A stretch of 64,000 bases of DNA from a bacterium (lineage in GTDB: Bacteria > Patescibacteriota > Minisyncoccia > Phycocordibacterales > Phycocordibacteraceae): contig JAJZRL010000002.1 of NCBI GenBank assembly GCA_021802705.1, positions 25,913 to 89,912 on the forward strand, read 5' to 3'. A program made the translations under genes and the position numbers. Positions 45,501 through 55,707 of the stretch are shown piece after piece (the first letter of the stretch is position 1; each line of letters starts with the position of its first letter). The notes below the pieces were generated by a model. It had not been told where the DNA came from, ran no database searches, and saw only the letters and a list, made by a program, of their open reading frames with translations.

Positions 45501-47687
45501 ATGTATGCAATGATTCTCGGGCGGCATCGCCGATTGCGGCATATTCTTTTCGTATCCGTTCTCGTGTTTTTCGGGTTCTTTTTTCTTATAGCCGGAGGCA
45601 TGCTTATTGCGGTTGCCGTTACGCCGGTGCCCGATATAAGCTCTTTCGCCGCGCGACAAGTCGATCAGTCGACGAAGATTTACGATCGTACCGGGCAGGT
45701 CTTGCTTTACGACTATAACCGTGACGCAAAACGCAACGTCGTTCCCCTCTCGGAAATATCCCCAAATGCTATAAATGCGACGATCGCTATCGAGGATTCG
45801 AGTTTCTACGAGCACGGCGGAATCCGTATAACCTCGATCATCCGCGCGATGCTCGCCGATATTTTCAGCGGATCGCTCTCGCAGGGAGGATCGACCATTA
45901 CGCAACAGGTGGTGAAAAACACGCTCCTTACGGACGAGAAAAGCATCTCCAGGAAAATACACGAGCTGGTGCTCGCGATAAAACTTGAACAGGTATATTC
46001 AAAAGACCAGATCCTCGAGGCGTATCTGAACGATATCCCGTACGGCGGGACGCTCTATGGGATCGAAGCCGCTTCCGAGGCTTATTTCGGGGTTCCGGCA
46101 AAAGACCTGACGGTTGCCGAATCCGCCTACCTCGCGGCCATGATCCAGGCCCCGACCTACTACTCGCCGTACGGTAAGCATCGCGCCGAGCTTGACGCGC
46201 GTAAAAACCTCGTCCTCGACCGTATGCATACCCTCGGGTTCATAGACGATACTACGTATGCTTCGGCAAAAAATGAAACGGTAACCTTCGCACCGGAGGG
46301 AGGACAAAACTCCATCATCGCGCCGCACTTCGTTTTCTATATCCTCAACGAGCTCAAACAGACGTATGGGCAGGGGGCGCTCGTTTCCGGTCTTAAGGTG
46401 ACCACGACGCTTGATGCTGATCTTGAGGTGAAGGCGGAATCGCTTGTCCAGCAGTATGCGCGAGAGAACGAGAAAAAATTCAAAGCCTCGAATGCCGCAT
46501 TGGTCGCGATCGATCCCCCGACCGGGCAAATCCTTGCTATGGTCGGATCGAGAAACTTCTTTGATTCCGCTATTGATGGCCAATATAATGCCGCGCTCGC
46601 GTTACGGCAGCCGGGATCGACCATGAAGCCGTTTATCTATTCTCTTGCGCTTATGCGCGGCTATACGCGCGATACGGTCGTCTTCGACGTTCCGACGCAA
46701 TTCTCAACCGCGTGCAGCCCTTCCGACGTCACCAACAGCACGCCTCCTTGTTATGCTCCCGTTGATTTCGATAACAGGTTCCGGGGTCCTATGACATTTG
46801 AAACCGCGCTTGCTCAATCGATAAACGTTCCGGCTATTAAAGTGCTTTACCTGGTCGGGATAGAAAACGCGATAAACCTCGCAAAATCGTTCGGGCTCAC
46901 GTCTCTTGGCGATCCGAGCCAGTACGGTCTTACGCTGGTGCTTGGCGGCGGCGAAGTGCGGCTCCTCGACCTTGTCGGGGCATACGCCGCATTCGCTGAT
47001 GATGGCGTTAAGAATACCCCGACCGGAATACTCGAGGTCGACGACGCTCAAGGGAATGTCCTTCAGAAATACACGCCGAACCCCATACGGGTCATTCCGG
47101 CAAACATAGCGAGGGATATGTCCGCCATGCTCTCCGACGCCCCGGCACGCTTGCCGGAATATCCTCTCAACTCCCCTCTTTCTTTCCCCGGATACGATGT
47201 TGCGGTAAAAACAGGGACGACAAACGATACGCGCGATGCGTGGGTCGTCGGATACACTCCGTCTATAGCGATCGGGGTGTGGGCAGGCAATAACGACAAC
47301 ACGCCGATGGTGAAATCGATCGCGGGTTACATCGCCGCGCCTATGTGGCATGCGGTCATGGCTTATGCTCTCTCGAAATATCCGAAAGAGTATTTCGGGG
47401 AACCCGATCCGATCCTCCCGTCGGTTCCGCCGATGCTTCAAGGAAACTGGCGCATCCCCGATACGAATGGAAACATCGTGCCGCACAGCCTATTATATTG
47501 GGTCGATAAAAATAATCCTTTAGGGCCTCCGCCTTCGGATCCGTCGAGTGATCCTCAATTTATATACTGGGAGTACGGCATTTCCGCGTGGTACGCTTCT
47601 CATCCTGATCTCTTTTCAGGGGGTGCTCTATTACCGGTTCCGCTCTCATCCGCGGCAACAACTTCCGCTACAACGACGTCTCAGTAG
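45501..47687 (+). CDS. class A penicillin-binding protein (PBP1A-type transglycosylase/transpeptidase)
   Basis: GT51 motif EDSSFYEHGGI. Transpeptidase motifs GSTMKPF (SxxK), SIN, KTGTT. N-terminal TM. Confidence 0.85.
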   Translation: MYAMILGRHRRLRHILFVSVLVFFGFFFLIAGGMLIAVAVTPVPDISSFAARQVDQSTKIYDRTGQVLLYDYNRDAKRNVVPLSEISPNAINATIAIEDSSFYEHGGIRITSIIRAMLADIFSGSLSQGGSTITQQVVKNTLLTDEKSISRKIHELVLAIKLEQVYSKDQILEAYLNDIPYGGTLYGIEAASEAYFGVPAKDLTVAESAYLAAMIQAPTYYSPYGKHRAELDARKNLVLDRMHTLGFIDDTTYASAKNETVTFAPEGGQNSIIAPHFVFYILNELKQTYGQGALVSGLKVTTTLDADLEVKAESLVQQYARENEKKFKASNAALVAIDPPTGQILAMVGSRNFFDSAIDGQYNAALALRQPGSTMKPFIYSLALMRGYTRDTVVFDVPTQFSTACSPSDVTNSTPPCYAPVDFDNRFRGPMTFETALAQSINVPAIKVLYLVGIENAINLAKSFGLTSLGDPSQYGLTLVLGGGEVRLLDLVGAYAAFADDGVKNTPTGILEVDDAQGNVLQKYTPNPIRVIPANIARDMSAMLSDAPARLPEYPLNSPLSFPGYDVAVKTGTTNDTRDAWVVGYTPSIAIGVWAGNNDNTPMVKSIAGYIAAPMWHAVMAYALSKYPKEYFGEPDPILPSVPPMLQGNWRIPDTNGNIVPHSLLYWVDKNNPLGPPPSDPSSDPQFIYWEYGISAWYASHPDLFSGGALLPVPLSSAATTSATTTSQ

Positions 47688-47692
47688 AAGGG

Positions 47693-48793
47693 TTACTGGT
47701 TCATCGGAGAAACCAGATAAAGAAGAGAAGCGTCCCCTACCCCGCGTATGATAAGCGGGCGGCCAGGACCGGCTGCTGAAAGCGAAATGCTTTCTGATTG
47801 AGAGAGAGCGAGTGCGGCGGAAAGATACCGATAATTGAAAGAGAGATCGAGCATGCTTCCGTTTACATGAGCAGGGATCGTTTCCGATGATTCCCCAAGA
47901 TCGGTATTGTGAGCGAAAAAAGAAATATGATTCTTTTTCGGATCGAACCGTATATTCACTTTTTGGAAGATGTCTGAAAAAATCGCTGTTTGTTTGAGGC
48001 TGATTTCGAAATCCTTCCGTAAAACTACGGCTTCGGCGAGCGATTCTTTCGGTATGATCTGACGATAATCCGGATAGGTCGCATTCGTAAGCCTTGAAAC
48101 GATCGTTCCCATCGAACCGATAAAGGCGCAATGGTGGTCGTCAAACGAAACGGCTATATCTTCATCGGGGAGCGCTTGGGCTATTTCAACCGCGTTCTTT
48201 GCAGGTATGAGGAGCTTGCCTTGAGTCCCCTTGTTCGTGAGCGGTATCTTCTTTTCCGCGAGCCTGAACGAATCGGTCGCCACAGCCGTCAACACCCCTC
48301 CTTCGATAGAAAGATAGATGCTTGCGAGCTCGGGTCGGACCGTTGAATTCGAGGTGCAAGACGTAAGCGAAGAAAGAAGCGTCCGCAGGAGAGCTCCGGG
48401 GAGCGTAATCGAGTTTTTCGGATTTTCGGGAAACGGGATCGAGGGAAAATCTTCGTAGGGGACGGTCTTGATCGAGCTTCTGCCCATACCGCTTGAGAGT
48501 GAGACTATGTCTCCTGAGTGTTCGAGCGTTACCGTACCGTCGAGCGTAAGCGAAGCGGCGATCTGCTGGAGGAGCGTCGCTGGGATTGCAACGACACCGT
48601 CAGACACGCGAGTTCCCTCAACGGTAAGATCGATCCCTGTTTCAAGATTGGTCGCGCGCATCTTTATCCCTTCATCGCTGACGATGATGAGGATCGAAGA
48701 GAGCGCCGGGAGCGTCGCGCTTTTACGTTCCGCGAATCTTGCAACCTTATACACAGCATCTATAAATTTCTTCTTTTCTATTGAGATATTCAT
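47693..48793 (-). CDS. dnaN: DNA polymerase III beta sliding clamp
   Basis: MNISIEKKKFIDAVYKVARFAERKSATLPALSSILI... with three-domain clamp pattern, 366 aa. Confidence 0.85.
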   Translation of the reverse strand: MNISIEKKKFIDAVYKVARFAERKSATLPALSSILIIVSDEGIKMRATNLETGIDLTVEGTRVSDGVVAIPATLLQQIAASLTLDGTVTLEHSGDIVSLSSGMGRSSIKTVPYEDFPSIPFPENPKNSITLPGALLRTLLSSLTSCTSNSTVRPELASIYLSIEGGVLTAVATDSFRLAEKKIPLTNKGTQGKLLIPAKNAVEIAQALPDEDIAVSFDDHHCAFIGSMGTIVSRLTNATYPDYRQIIPKESLAEAVVLRKDFEISLKQTAIFSDIFQKVNIRFDPKKNHISFFAHNTDLGESSETIPAHVNGSMLDLSFNYRYLSAALALSQSESISLSAAGPGRPLIIRGVGDASLLYLVSPMNQ

Positions 48794-48905
48794 ACAAGTC
48801 TTTTATTAGAGCTGTTGATAACGGGATAACGATAAGGGTGGCTTAAAATAATGGTTTTTCCTGTTGAGGCATCAACACATTGTGTTGATAAGTGTCGCCG
48901 CACAT
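48794..48905. promoter_or_regulatory. candidate oriC / DnaA-box cluster between dnaN and dnaA
   Basis: AT-rich spacer with TGTTGATAA (one mismatch to TGTGGATAA) at 48813..48821 and 48883..48891. Perfect inverted repeat ATCAACACA-T-TGTGTTGAT at 48871..48889. Confidence 0.4.
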
Positions 48906-50258
48906 TCATACAAGGAGCGTCCGGATATTTTGAATTTCTTTTGCGAGCTCGGTATCCACAACAACTTCACGCTTTATCTTCTCACAGGAGTGGATAACCG
49001 TCGTATGATCGCGTCCGCCGAGCTTCGTGCCGATTGTCGGGTACGAGATATTAAAATCCTCCCGCAAGAGATACATGATGACCTGTCTCGGCCGTACCAC
49101 TTCCCTTCTGCGCGTTTTTTCATAAATACTCTCTTCATCGATCCCGTAGAATTCCGCAACCTTATCGACTACATTCTTAACCGAGACGTTTTTTTGCGGA
49201 CGCATGAACGAGCGTAGCGATTGCCGTATTTCAGCTATATCCGGCGGAGACCCCTTCACCTGAGCATGGCAGATGATGGTATTTACCATACCCTCCAATT
49301 CCCGTATCGATCCGGTTATGGAACATGCAACATACTCAACAACTTCATCGGAAAGCATGATCCCATGAGCAGCGGCCTTTTTCTTGATAATAGCCATACG
49401 CGACTCCGTATCGGGCTCCCCGATATCGACAGCCATACCGCTCGCTAACCGCCCCTTAAGGCGTTCTGTGATATCAGGGATAGCGACAGGTGGCCGGTCG
49501 GACGAAAAGACGATCTGCTTATTCGTATCGTACAGGGCGTTAAAGAGATGGAAAAGCTCTTCCTGGGTCTTTTCTTTCTTTGAAAGAAATTGCACATCAT
49601 CCATGATAAGGAGGTCATATTGACGGTACTTATCCTTAAACCGGTTTGCCGTGCCGGCTTGCACGGAGTCGGTATAATCGACGGCGAATTTTTCGGACGT
49701 AAGATAAAACGCTTTCCGACCCGGATACTGTTTTTTAAATTGATTACCGATAGCTTGTATGAGGTGTGTTTTCCCTCTTCCGGTCGCGCCATAGATAAAG
49801 AGCGGATTATAGGAGATACCCGGGCGCTGCAGGGTTGCTTGCGCGGCCGTATGCGCGAGCGCATTGAACGAACCGACGATGAACGTATCGAAAGTGTAAC
49901 GGGGGTTCAGATTATCGCTTTTATTGATATAGAACTCATGCAGAGGAAGCTCGATAACACCCCGGACCGGCTTCGATTCCTTTACGACCTTACGCCGATC
50001 ATCTTTTACGATGAGGTACTCTATATTGCGGAACTCGTATGATATACCCCGAACTATCTTTAGTAGAAGCGCGTGAAATTTCTTAAGGTACCAGTCTTTG
50101 AAAAACTGGCTCGGAACCCCGATATATACCACCCCCTCGTCATCTATCTTTACTATGAAGCTATTACGGAACCATGTATTGAAATTCGCCGGAGATATGG
50201 AAAGTTCGACCTGGGTGAGCACGTATTCCCATAACTCCCGAGGATTCTTCCTATCCAT
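48906..50258 (-). CDS. dnaA: chromosomal replication initiator DnaA
   Basis: GATGRGKTHLIQAIGN Walker A, FLSKKEKTQEE, and a C-terminal DNA-binding helix (IGTKLGGRDHTTVIHSCEKI). Confidence 0.9.
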   Translation of the reverse strand: MDRKNPRELWEYVLTQVELSISPANFNTWFRNSFIVKIDDEGVVYIGVPSQFFKDWYLKKFHALLLKIVRGISYEFRNIEYLIVKDDRRKVVKESKPVRGVIELPLHEFYINKSDNLNPRYTFDTFIVGSFNALAHTAAQATLQRPGISYNPLFIYGATGRGKTHLIQAIGNQFKKQYPGRKAFYLTSEKFAVDYTDSVQAGTANRFKDKYRQYDLLIMDDVQFLSKKEKTQEELFHLFNALYDTNKQIVFSSDRPPVAIPDITERLKGRLASGMAVDIGEPDTESRMAIIKKKAAAHGIMLSDEVVEYVACSITGSIRELEGMVNTIICHAQVKGSPPDIAEIRQSLRSFMRPQKNVSVKNVVDKVAEFYGIDEESIYEKTRRREVVRPRQVIMYLLREDFNISYPTIGTKLGGRDHTTVIHSCEKIKREVVVDTELAKEIQNIRTLLV

Positions 50259-50355
50259 ATTGTCATGGATTATACGCTTCCTGGAAAAAACATCACCTAC
50301 TGGTGTTTCGTGGAGAACCTGTTAGTATCATGTGTACAATCTAACGATTCCCAGC

Positions 50356-50493
50356 ATGTCAAAACAGACCTATCAGCCGAAGAAACGGAAACGCGCAAAA
50401 ACACATGGTTTCCTCACAAGGACGAAATCAGCTTCCGGTCGCAAGATATTGCGCGGCCGCCGCCGCGTCGGGAGAGCCTCTCTCGCGGTCTGA
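50356..50493 (+). CDS. rpmH: ribosomal protein L34
   Basis: [45 protein letters not shown]; 45 aa, below the ORF-track length cutoff. Confidence 0.85.
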   Translation: MSKQTYQPKKRKRAKTHGFLTRTKSASGRKILRGRRRVGRASLAV

Positions 50494-50507
50494 TTCGATA
50501 ATTTCCC

Positions 50508-50819
50508 GTGTTTCCGCGCCGAAAACGGCTTTCTCGAGAAAATTTCCCCATCGTCCTTAAGGGCGGCCGAAGGCTCTCTTCGGCGCATTTTAATGCGGTT
50601 TTCTCGGAAGCGACGGAAGGATACGCTGTCGTTCTTTCAAAAAAGACAGCCCCTCTTTCGGTTACGAGACATCTCGTGCGGCGGAGGGTGCTTTCCGCGC
50701 TTCGGACGCTTTCTCTCCCCCCTTCCCTCGTCATTTTCCCGAAACAGTCCGTAACGACGCTTAAACAACAGGATATTCGCGACGAACTTTCCGAACTTCT
50801 TTCTAAAATAAATCGATAG
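50508..50819 (+). CDS. rnpA: RNase P protein component
   Basis: MFPRRKRLSRENFPIVLKGGRRLSS...AVVLSKKTAPLSVTRHLVRRRV has the RnpA basic motif; follows rpmH. Confidence 0.8.
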   Translation: MFPRRKRLSRENFPIVLKGGRRLSSAHFNAVFSEATEGYAVVLSKKTAPLSVTRHLVRRRVLSALRTLSLPPSLVIFPKQSVTTLKQQDIRDELSELLSKINR

Positions 50820-50834
50820 CGTACAATAAGAATC

Positions 50835-51581
50835 GTGATATCAGCCTTCTTCCACACGGCGTTCTATAACCCGATTTACAACGCGCTCGTCGCGCTCGTC
50901 GCTTTTATACCGGGCGGGGACGTCGGGATAGCCGTTATCGTGCTCACAATCATCATAAGGGTCGTTCTCCTCCCTTTTTCGCTCTCCACGGCCCGCACGC
51001 AGCGGGCGATGAAGTTTCTAGAACCGCGGATAAAAGAGCTTAAGGAGAAACATAAGAACAATAAGGAGCAGGAAGCGCTTGAAACGCTCGCTCTTTATCG
51101 CGAAGCGAGGGTTAACCCGTTTGCCGGCATCCTTACGGTTTTCATACAGATACCGGTCCTTCTTGCACTTTACTGGGTTTTTCTCTACGAGCCATTCTCG
51201 ACGCTTGATACGGCACGGCTCTATTTTTTTACCCCAATCCCCCACACCGTTTCCCTCGAATTTCTCGGGATCATTTCCGTCGCCTCAAAAAGCATCTTTC
51301 TCGCGGTGCTCGCCGGGTTTACGCAGTTTCTCCAGGCGCGTCTCGCCCTTTCAGGAATGACGCAACCGGCCGCAAACGAAAAGAGCATGCAGGGCGATTT
51401 CCAAAAAGTGATGAATATGCAGCTCAAATACGTATTCCCATTCATCATCGGCACGATTTCTTATACGACGTCCAGCGCCATAGCTTTATATTTCATCACG
51501 ACGAATATCGCCGGCGCGCTTCAGGAATGGCACGTGCGACACCGCGTACACGCGGAATTCGGACAAGTGTCCGGATCCTGA
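50835..51581 (+). CDS. yidC: membrane protein insertase YidC (short form)
   Basis: IIRVVLLPFSLSTARTQRAMKFLEPRIKELKEKHKNNKEQEA...VFIQIPVLLALYWVF, conserved YidC/Oxa1 core. Confidence 0.85.
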   Translation: MISAFFHTAFYNPIYNALVALVAFIPGGDVGIAVIVLTIIIRVVLLPFSLSTARTQRAMKFLEPRIKELKEKHKNNKEQEALETLALYREARVNPFAGILTVFIQIPVLLALYWVFLYEPFSTLDTARLYFFTPIPHTVSLEFLGIISVASKSIFLAVLAGFTQFLQARLALSGMTQPAANEKSMQGDFQKVMNMQLKYVFPFIIGTISYTTSSAIALYFITTNIAGALQEWHVRHRVHAEFGQVSGS

Positions 51582-51582
51582 T

Positions 51583-52794
51583 TCAAAGCTTATACGCCCA
51601 GAGCGACCCGTCGTTCTTATTGAAGAAAGCGAGAACGCTGTTTGCCGGATCTATCGAGAGCGCCTCGGCATCAAGAGGCGTATTCGTTTCCTTTGAAAAA
51701 TCGAGCACGAGCTGCGCATAGCGGCCGGAAACGTTTATCTTCCAGATACGGTCGGAGAAATGGACGGCCCCCTGATACCAGTCATCCGGATACGCATAGG
51801 TTTCAGGCGGGCTCATCGGCACGCCGCAGTAAATCATCGAGCTGTCCGTTGTCCATGTGCACTTATCAGCGATTGTCGCTATAGGAAGCTGGATCGTCTC
51901 GCCGGTCGTCGCGTTTACAAGCTCCGTCTGCATCCCTTTCGGGAGCGTATAGCTCACGAGCACCCATTCTCCCGACGGGCTTGCAAGCGCGACAAGGCCG
52001 TTTAAGGGCCCCGCAATCCTCGAAAAATGCCCCGCGCCGTCAACGATAAACGCGTCCCCTGGAAGCGTTGCCGACGGTTTCGTAAACGCCAGATAATGCC
52101 CTTTCCCGGCAAAGGAAACGCGAAGCGCTGCGAGCGGGGTCGTGAATACCACCGAGGATCCGGTGCCGTCGGTATGCATGAGAGAAGCCGATGATCCGTT
52201 TACGCCGGAAGCAAGCGCGAGCACACTTGTCGAAGAAACCGAGACATCCGCGAGGTCTTGGGGCAGAAAGAAACCGCTTGAACCGTCTGAGGGCAGCCCA
52301 TAGGTGTTTACCGTGGAAAAATCGGATCCGGAGAGGTAGCGGACGAAGGCGAGAGAGGCGTCGGGAAGCCACGATGCTTCTTCAATTCCCGGGATCGTCC
52401 GGTTGCTTATCCGTGTAAGCGTCCCTGCCTGTACGAGGTATGAAAAGACGTTCCCGCTTTGCCGTTCGATATAGGAGACCCCGACGTCGGGAGACGAGCT
52501 TGCATTTTGTGCGGAAATATCGACCACCGCTTCTCCGGGTACGACCGGACCGGCGCTTATTTCTACGAGCCGGGCTGAGATCGGTACCGGCGAAGGAGCC
52601 TGGACGGCCGTTGTGGTGCTCGCCTCTCCGGGGAGCGTTCCTTGTCCGGCAACCGGTAACCCCGCGGTATTGTCTGTGCCTGTCTTCGGGCCGACCGCAA
52701 GCCTTGCGGAAGGAGCGAAGAAGTAGAAGTATGTCGCCGTTCCGATTCCGGCGAGGAGGATTACGATCGCGGTGATGGTAAGTGTGCGGCGCAT
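51583..52794 (-). CDS. secreted/membrane-anchored hypothetical protein, distal gene of T4SS-like cluster
   Basis: 403 aa, N-terminal TM MRRTLTITAIVILLAGIGTATYFYFF, Ser/Thr/Gly-rich. Confidence 0.5.
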   Translation of the reverse strand: MRRTLTITAIVILLAGIGTATYFYFFAPSARLAVGPKTGTDNTAGLPVAGQGTLPGEASTTTAVQAPSPVPISARLVEISAGPVVPGEAVVDISAQNASSSPDVGVSYIERQSGNVFSYLVQAGTLTRISNRTIPGIEEASWLPDASLAFVRYLSGSDFSTVNTYGLPSDGSSGFFLPQDLADVSVSSTSVLALASGVNGSSASLMHTDGTGSSVVFTTPLAALRVSFAGKGHYLAFTKPSATLPGDAFIVDGAGHFSRIAGPLNGLVALASPSGEWVLVSYTLPKGMQTELVNATTGETIQLPIATIADKCTWTTDSSMIYCGVPMSPPETYAYPDDWYQGAVHFSDRIWKINVSGRYAQLVLDFSKETNTPLDAEALSIDPANSVLAFFNKNDGSLWAYKL

Positions 52795-52795
52795 A

Positions 52796-54046
52796 TTAGT
52801 TTAAAGGTTGCAACGTAAATTGGAGGTTTGGTTGACAAATATAATTATTACTCGAATTGGTGAAATTTGAGAAGGATGTGAATTTGCTAATGATAGAATT
52901 CGCCTGGTTCGCATCAGCAGAATCGAAGCAATAGTATGTTTGATCAAAACATTTTTTACTAGCGCTTCCTGATACTGGTGTTGAGTATGAGGGACAGCTA
53001 GTTTGTGAAAAAAGAGCGGTAGTTTGATTGGTACATACATAGCCGCCATCTGCATTACAGCCGTTTATAAACTGCGATAGAGACGCGCTCGTCTGAGCGT
53101 CAAAGGGCTCCAAGTTTGCGGTTGTCATTGACTGTGCTCCGATATCCATGAGCAAATAAGACTGAGGCGATGCCCCCTCGCAGCTAACAGTCGCTTGAAG
53201 ACAGCCGCTAGAATTAGAAGACGTGCAAGTTACCGAAGAACTATTAGCTCCAAAAAGGCCGAAAAAAGAAGTGCTGCAATTATTTGAAAGCCACTGCTTT
53301 GCAATATTGTCAGCGCTAAGCCCGCCCTTAGCCGCGCAACTCGCGGTTTTTAAATAACTAGTACCAGTAACAGTGCAACCGGTAGCGCTATCGACTGTCG
53401 TAGGGATAGAGTTGTTACCACCTCCCGCAAAAGATGCCGTTTTTAGATTAAGTGGCGGGATATTGAGTGAGAGGTTCAGGATACTCGGATTGATGATGCT
53501 AAAGACGAGGACCGGCGAGAGGACGAGAACGAGACCGAGAAGAGCCTGCGTGATGCGCTTCTTGCCGTCGCTTTGCTTGCTTACGCTGTCTTTCGTCGAT
53601 ATCTCGAGACCACCCCATATGATCATGATAACCGCAAGGATAGCCGCAACGCCGATGAGATATTTATAGAGGTTGTTGAGGAAATTGGAGAGCCCGCTCG
53701 AATTTGCCACGGTTCCTTGCGTAAGGCCGGGAATTCCGGCAAGAGGGACGAATCCGCTGGTGTTTGAGCCTTGCGACGAGACTGTCGTGTTTGAAGGATT
53801 ATTGCTTGCATTTGTTGTCGGATTTGTCGTTTGTCCGGTAGCGCTTGTTCCTGCCGAGGAGCTGGAACCCGATGCTTGGCACGTCATGCTCGCGCCATCA
53901 TATGAAACCTGACACGTGCCGTTCGCACCCGATGACGTGCTGCACGGGACCCCGACGTTTTGGTTCGTACAATCAGTGATCAGCGCCGCATGTGCCACGC
54001 CGACCGTGCCGAGCATTACAAGCGTGAGGAAAGCGAGTTTTTTCAT
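52796..54046 (-). CDS. secreted S/T/N-rich protein with VirB2/TrbC-pilin-like hydrophobic segment
   Basis: Signal peptide, then FVPLAGIPGLTQG...LSNFLNNLYKYLIGVAAILAVIMIIWGGLEI resembling VirB2/TrbC pilin cores. Long Cys-rich C-terminal domain with markedly low GC. Confidence 0.45.
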   Translation of the reverse strand: MKKLAFLTLVMLGTVGVAHAALITDCTNQNVGVPCSTSSGANGTCQVSYDGASMTCQASGSSSSAGTSATGQTTNPTTNASNNPSNTTVSSQGSNTSGFVPLAGIPGLTQGTVANSSGLSNFLNNLYKYLIGVAAILAVIMIIWGGLEISTKDSVSKQSDGKKRITQALLGLVLVLSPVLVFSIINPSILNLSLNIPPLNLKTASFAGGGNNSIPTTVDSATGCTVTGTSYLKTASCAAKGGLSADNIAKQWLSNNCSTSFFGLFGANSSSVTCTSSNSSGCLQATVSCEGASPQSYLLMDIGAQSMTTANLEPFDAQTSASLSQFINGCNADGGYVCTNQTTALFSQTSCPSYSTPVSGSASKKCFDQTYYCFDSADANQANSIISKFTSFSNFTNSSNNYICQPNLQFTLQPLN

Positions 54047-55047
54047 AAGCCGAATAGGTTACCGCTCCCCTGCGTTTCGAAAGAAAGCGGCAGAACCGTC
54101 GTCGCCTTTATGAAATCTCCCGAAGAACCGACGAGCGAAAGCGATGCGCTGCCCTTCCCCGATCCGGTTGGCCGGAGCGTTATCAGGTTGCCGGTTTGTG
54201 AAAGCGCGTTATTCAAAAACCATTGAAGCGCCGGCGCGCCGGTTCCGGTCGGGAAGGAGAAAGGAGCCGCATAGAGAGATGTTTCTGTTCCGGTGATAGT
54301 GTATCCTCCCGAAAGCGTATGGTCATAGAGAATGCCGAGGAGCGGATCGTTTATATAGATACGCACGGTCGGTTCCTGAGCCGTAAGCGAAACGGATGCT
54401 CCGCCCACAAAGACTCCATTCTGGCTCTCGACGACAACCGAGACATTCCTACTACGGTACTGGAGCGGCGAGGCGACAATGATGGCTTCTTTTCCGATAC
54501 CCGAAACGCTCGATATGCTCGCCCCGTCCACCGTCCACGCGTACGAAAGCGTGGCGGGATCGAGAGGCTTCCCCGCGGCGTTCCTAATGTCTGCCATCGC
54601 AACGACGCGTACGGTCCCCTCAAGCGGTACGAGCGGGTTCCCCGGATAGAGCGCCGGCGCCGAAGAGATCGGCTCGGCGATAAGCACGACATCCTGCGGC
54701 CGTACGGAGACGCTGCGGCTGTACGTTGTTCCTCCCGATGAGATGACCGCTTTGATTGTCGTAAGGCTCCCCGCTTCCCCGAGAGGAATGCTGACCGGCT
54801 GCACATTTCCTGAATAGGTTTCCTTGCCGTTGACGAAAACCGTCATCGTCGCGTTTGCCAGGTTGAGCGATGTCGAAAGCGCGGTAAGGGTTACCGAGCT
54901 CGAAGGAGAAGGGTTTTGCGGGCTTATCGAAAGAGAGAAAGGATCAACGCTGTTGACATTGAACGATTGTGCGCCGGCTAGAACGGGCAAGAAAAAAGCA
55001 AGCCCGAGGAAGGTGATGCGAAGTGGCCGGAATGAGAACCCTTTCAT
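54043..55047 (-). CDS. secreted hypothetical protein with Ig-like repeats
   Basis: 334 aa with signal peptide MKGFSFRPLRITFLGLAFFLPVLAGAQS. 4-nt overlap with the upstream gene. Confidence 0.5.
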   Translation of the reverse strand: MKGFSFRPLRITFLGLAFFLPVLAGAQSFNVNSVDPFSLSISPQNPSPSSSVTLTALSTSLNLANATMTVFVNGKETYSGNVQPVSIPLGEAGSLTTIKAVISSGGTTYSRSVSVRPQDVVLIAEPISSAPALYPGNPLVPLEGTVRVVAMADIRNAAGKPLDPATLSYAWTVDGASISSVSGIGKEAIIVASPLQYRSRNVSVVVESQNGVFVGGASVSLTAQEPTVRIYINDPLLGILYDHTLSGGYTITGTETSLYAAPFSFPTGTGAPALQWFLNNALSQTGNLITLRPTGSGKGSASLSLVGSSGDFIKATTVLPLSFETQGSGNLFGL

Positions 55048-55077
55048 TGCTCTTAGTATATCGCGTGCGCAAGAACT

Positions 55078-55707
55078 TTATGCGGCTTTGCGCACATCGT
55101 CGGGGATTTCATCCATACTCTCATCATTTGCCGCTTCGGCCGCTTTTATTTGTGTGATTTGCGCGGCTATCTGAGCCTGTTCTTGCCTTCCGGATTCGGC
55201 TTGCTCGCTCTCGTATCGTGCCAACGCCTCCCGATCCCGCTTTATTTGAGAGTGATACATCTTGAACGTAGTGCCGGTGAGTCCCGGCAATGAGCCGATA
55301 AAGGGCGTCTCGCTTATGAGAAGGCCAAACATAAACCAAAGCATATTGCCCGATGATTCCTTGAAGATACGCGCATTGGTGAGCATGATCATCAACCCAA
55401 CCGTAAGCCATCCGAAGAAACCAACCGCCACCGCCAAGATGATTCCGAGAACCTCAAGAGCAGGCCCGATGACGAATCCGGAGACACCTCCGCCCGCGGT
55501 GCCGAGAATACTGCTGATCCAAGTACCGAACAAACCGCTTGTTGCGGCAGTCGTACCGACGCCGATAAGGACCGGCCCGAAAAACCAAAACTGTTCGAAG
55601 AGGAACCGGACCGCATCAAAGACGAGCGCGGTTGTCATGACCGGCATCGCCCGCGTCCAGGTCATAACGCGCGGAGGCTCTTTACTGCTGTTTCTGCGTG
55701 AGATCAT
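55078..55707 (-). CDS. polytopic membrane protein (possible VirB6/TrbL-like channel component)
   Basis: 209 aa with at least 4 TM helices and a C-terminal coiled/charged tail. Its 5' end overlaps the VirB4 gene 3' end. Confidence 0.4.
   Translation of the reverse strand: MISRRNSSKEPPRVMTWTRAMPVMTTALVFDAVRFLFEQFWFFGPVLIGVGTTAATSGLFGTWISSILGTAGGGVSGFVIGPALEVLGIILAVAVGFFGWLTVGLMIMLTNARIFKESSGNMLWFMFGLLISETPFIGSLPGLTGTTFKMYHSQIKRDREALARYESEQAESGRQEQAQIAAQITQIKAAEAANDESMDEIPDDVRKAA

Noticed and set aside
46704-47486. 260-aa minus-strand ORF antisense to the PBP gene
   Set aside because: Arg-rich; PBP frame carries SxxK, SxN and KTG motifs.
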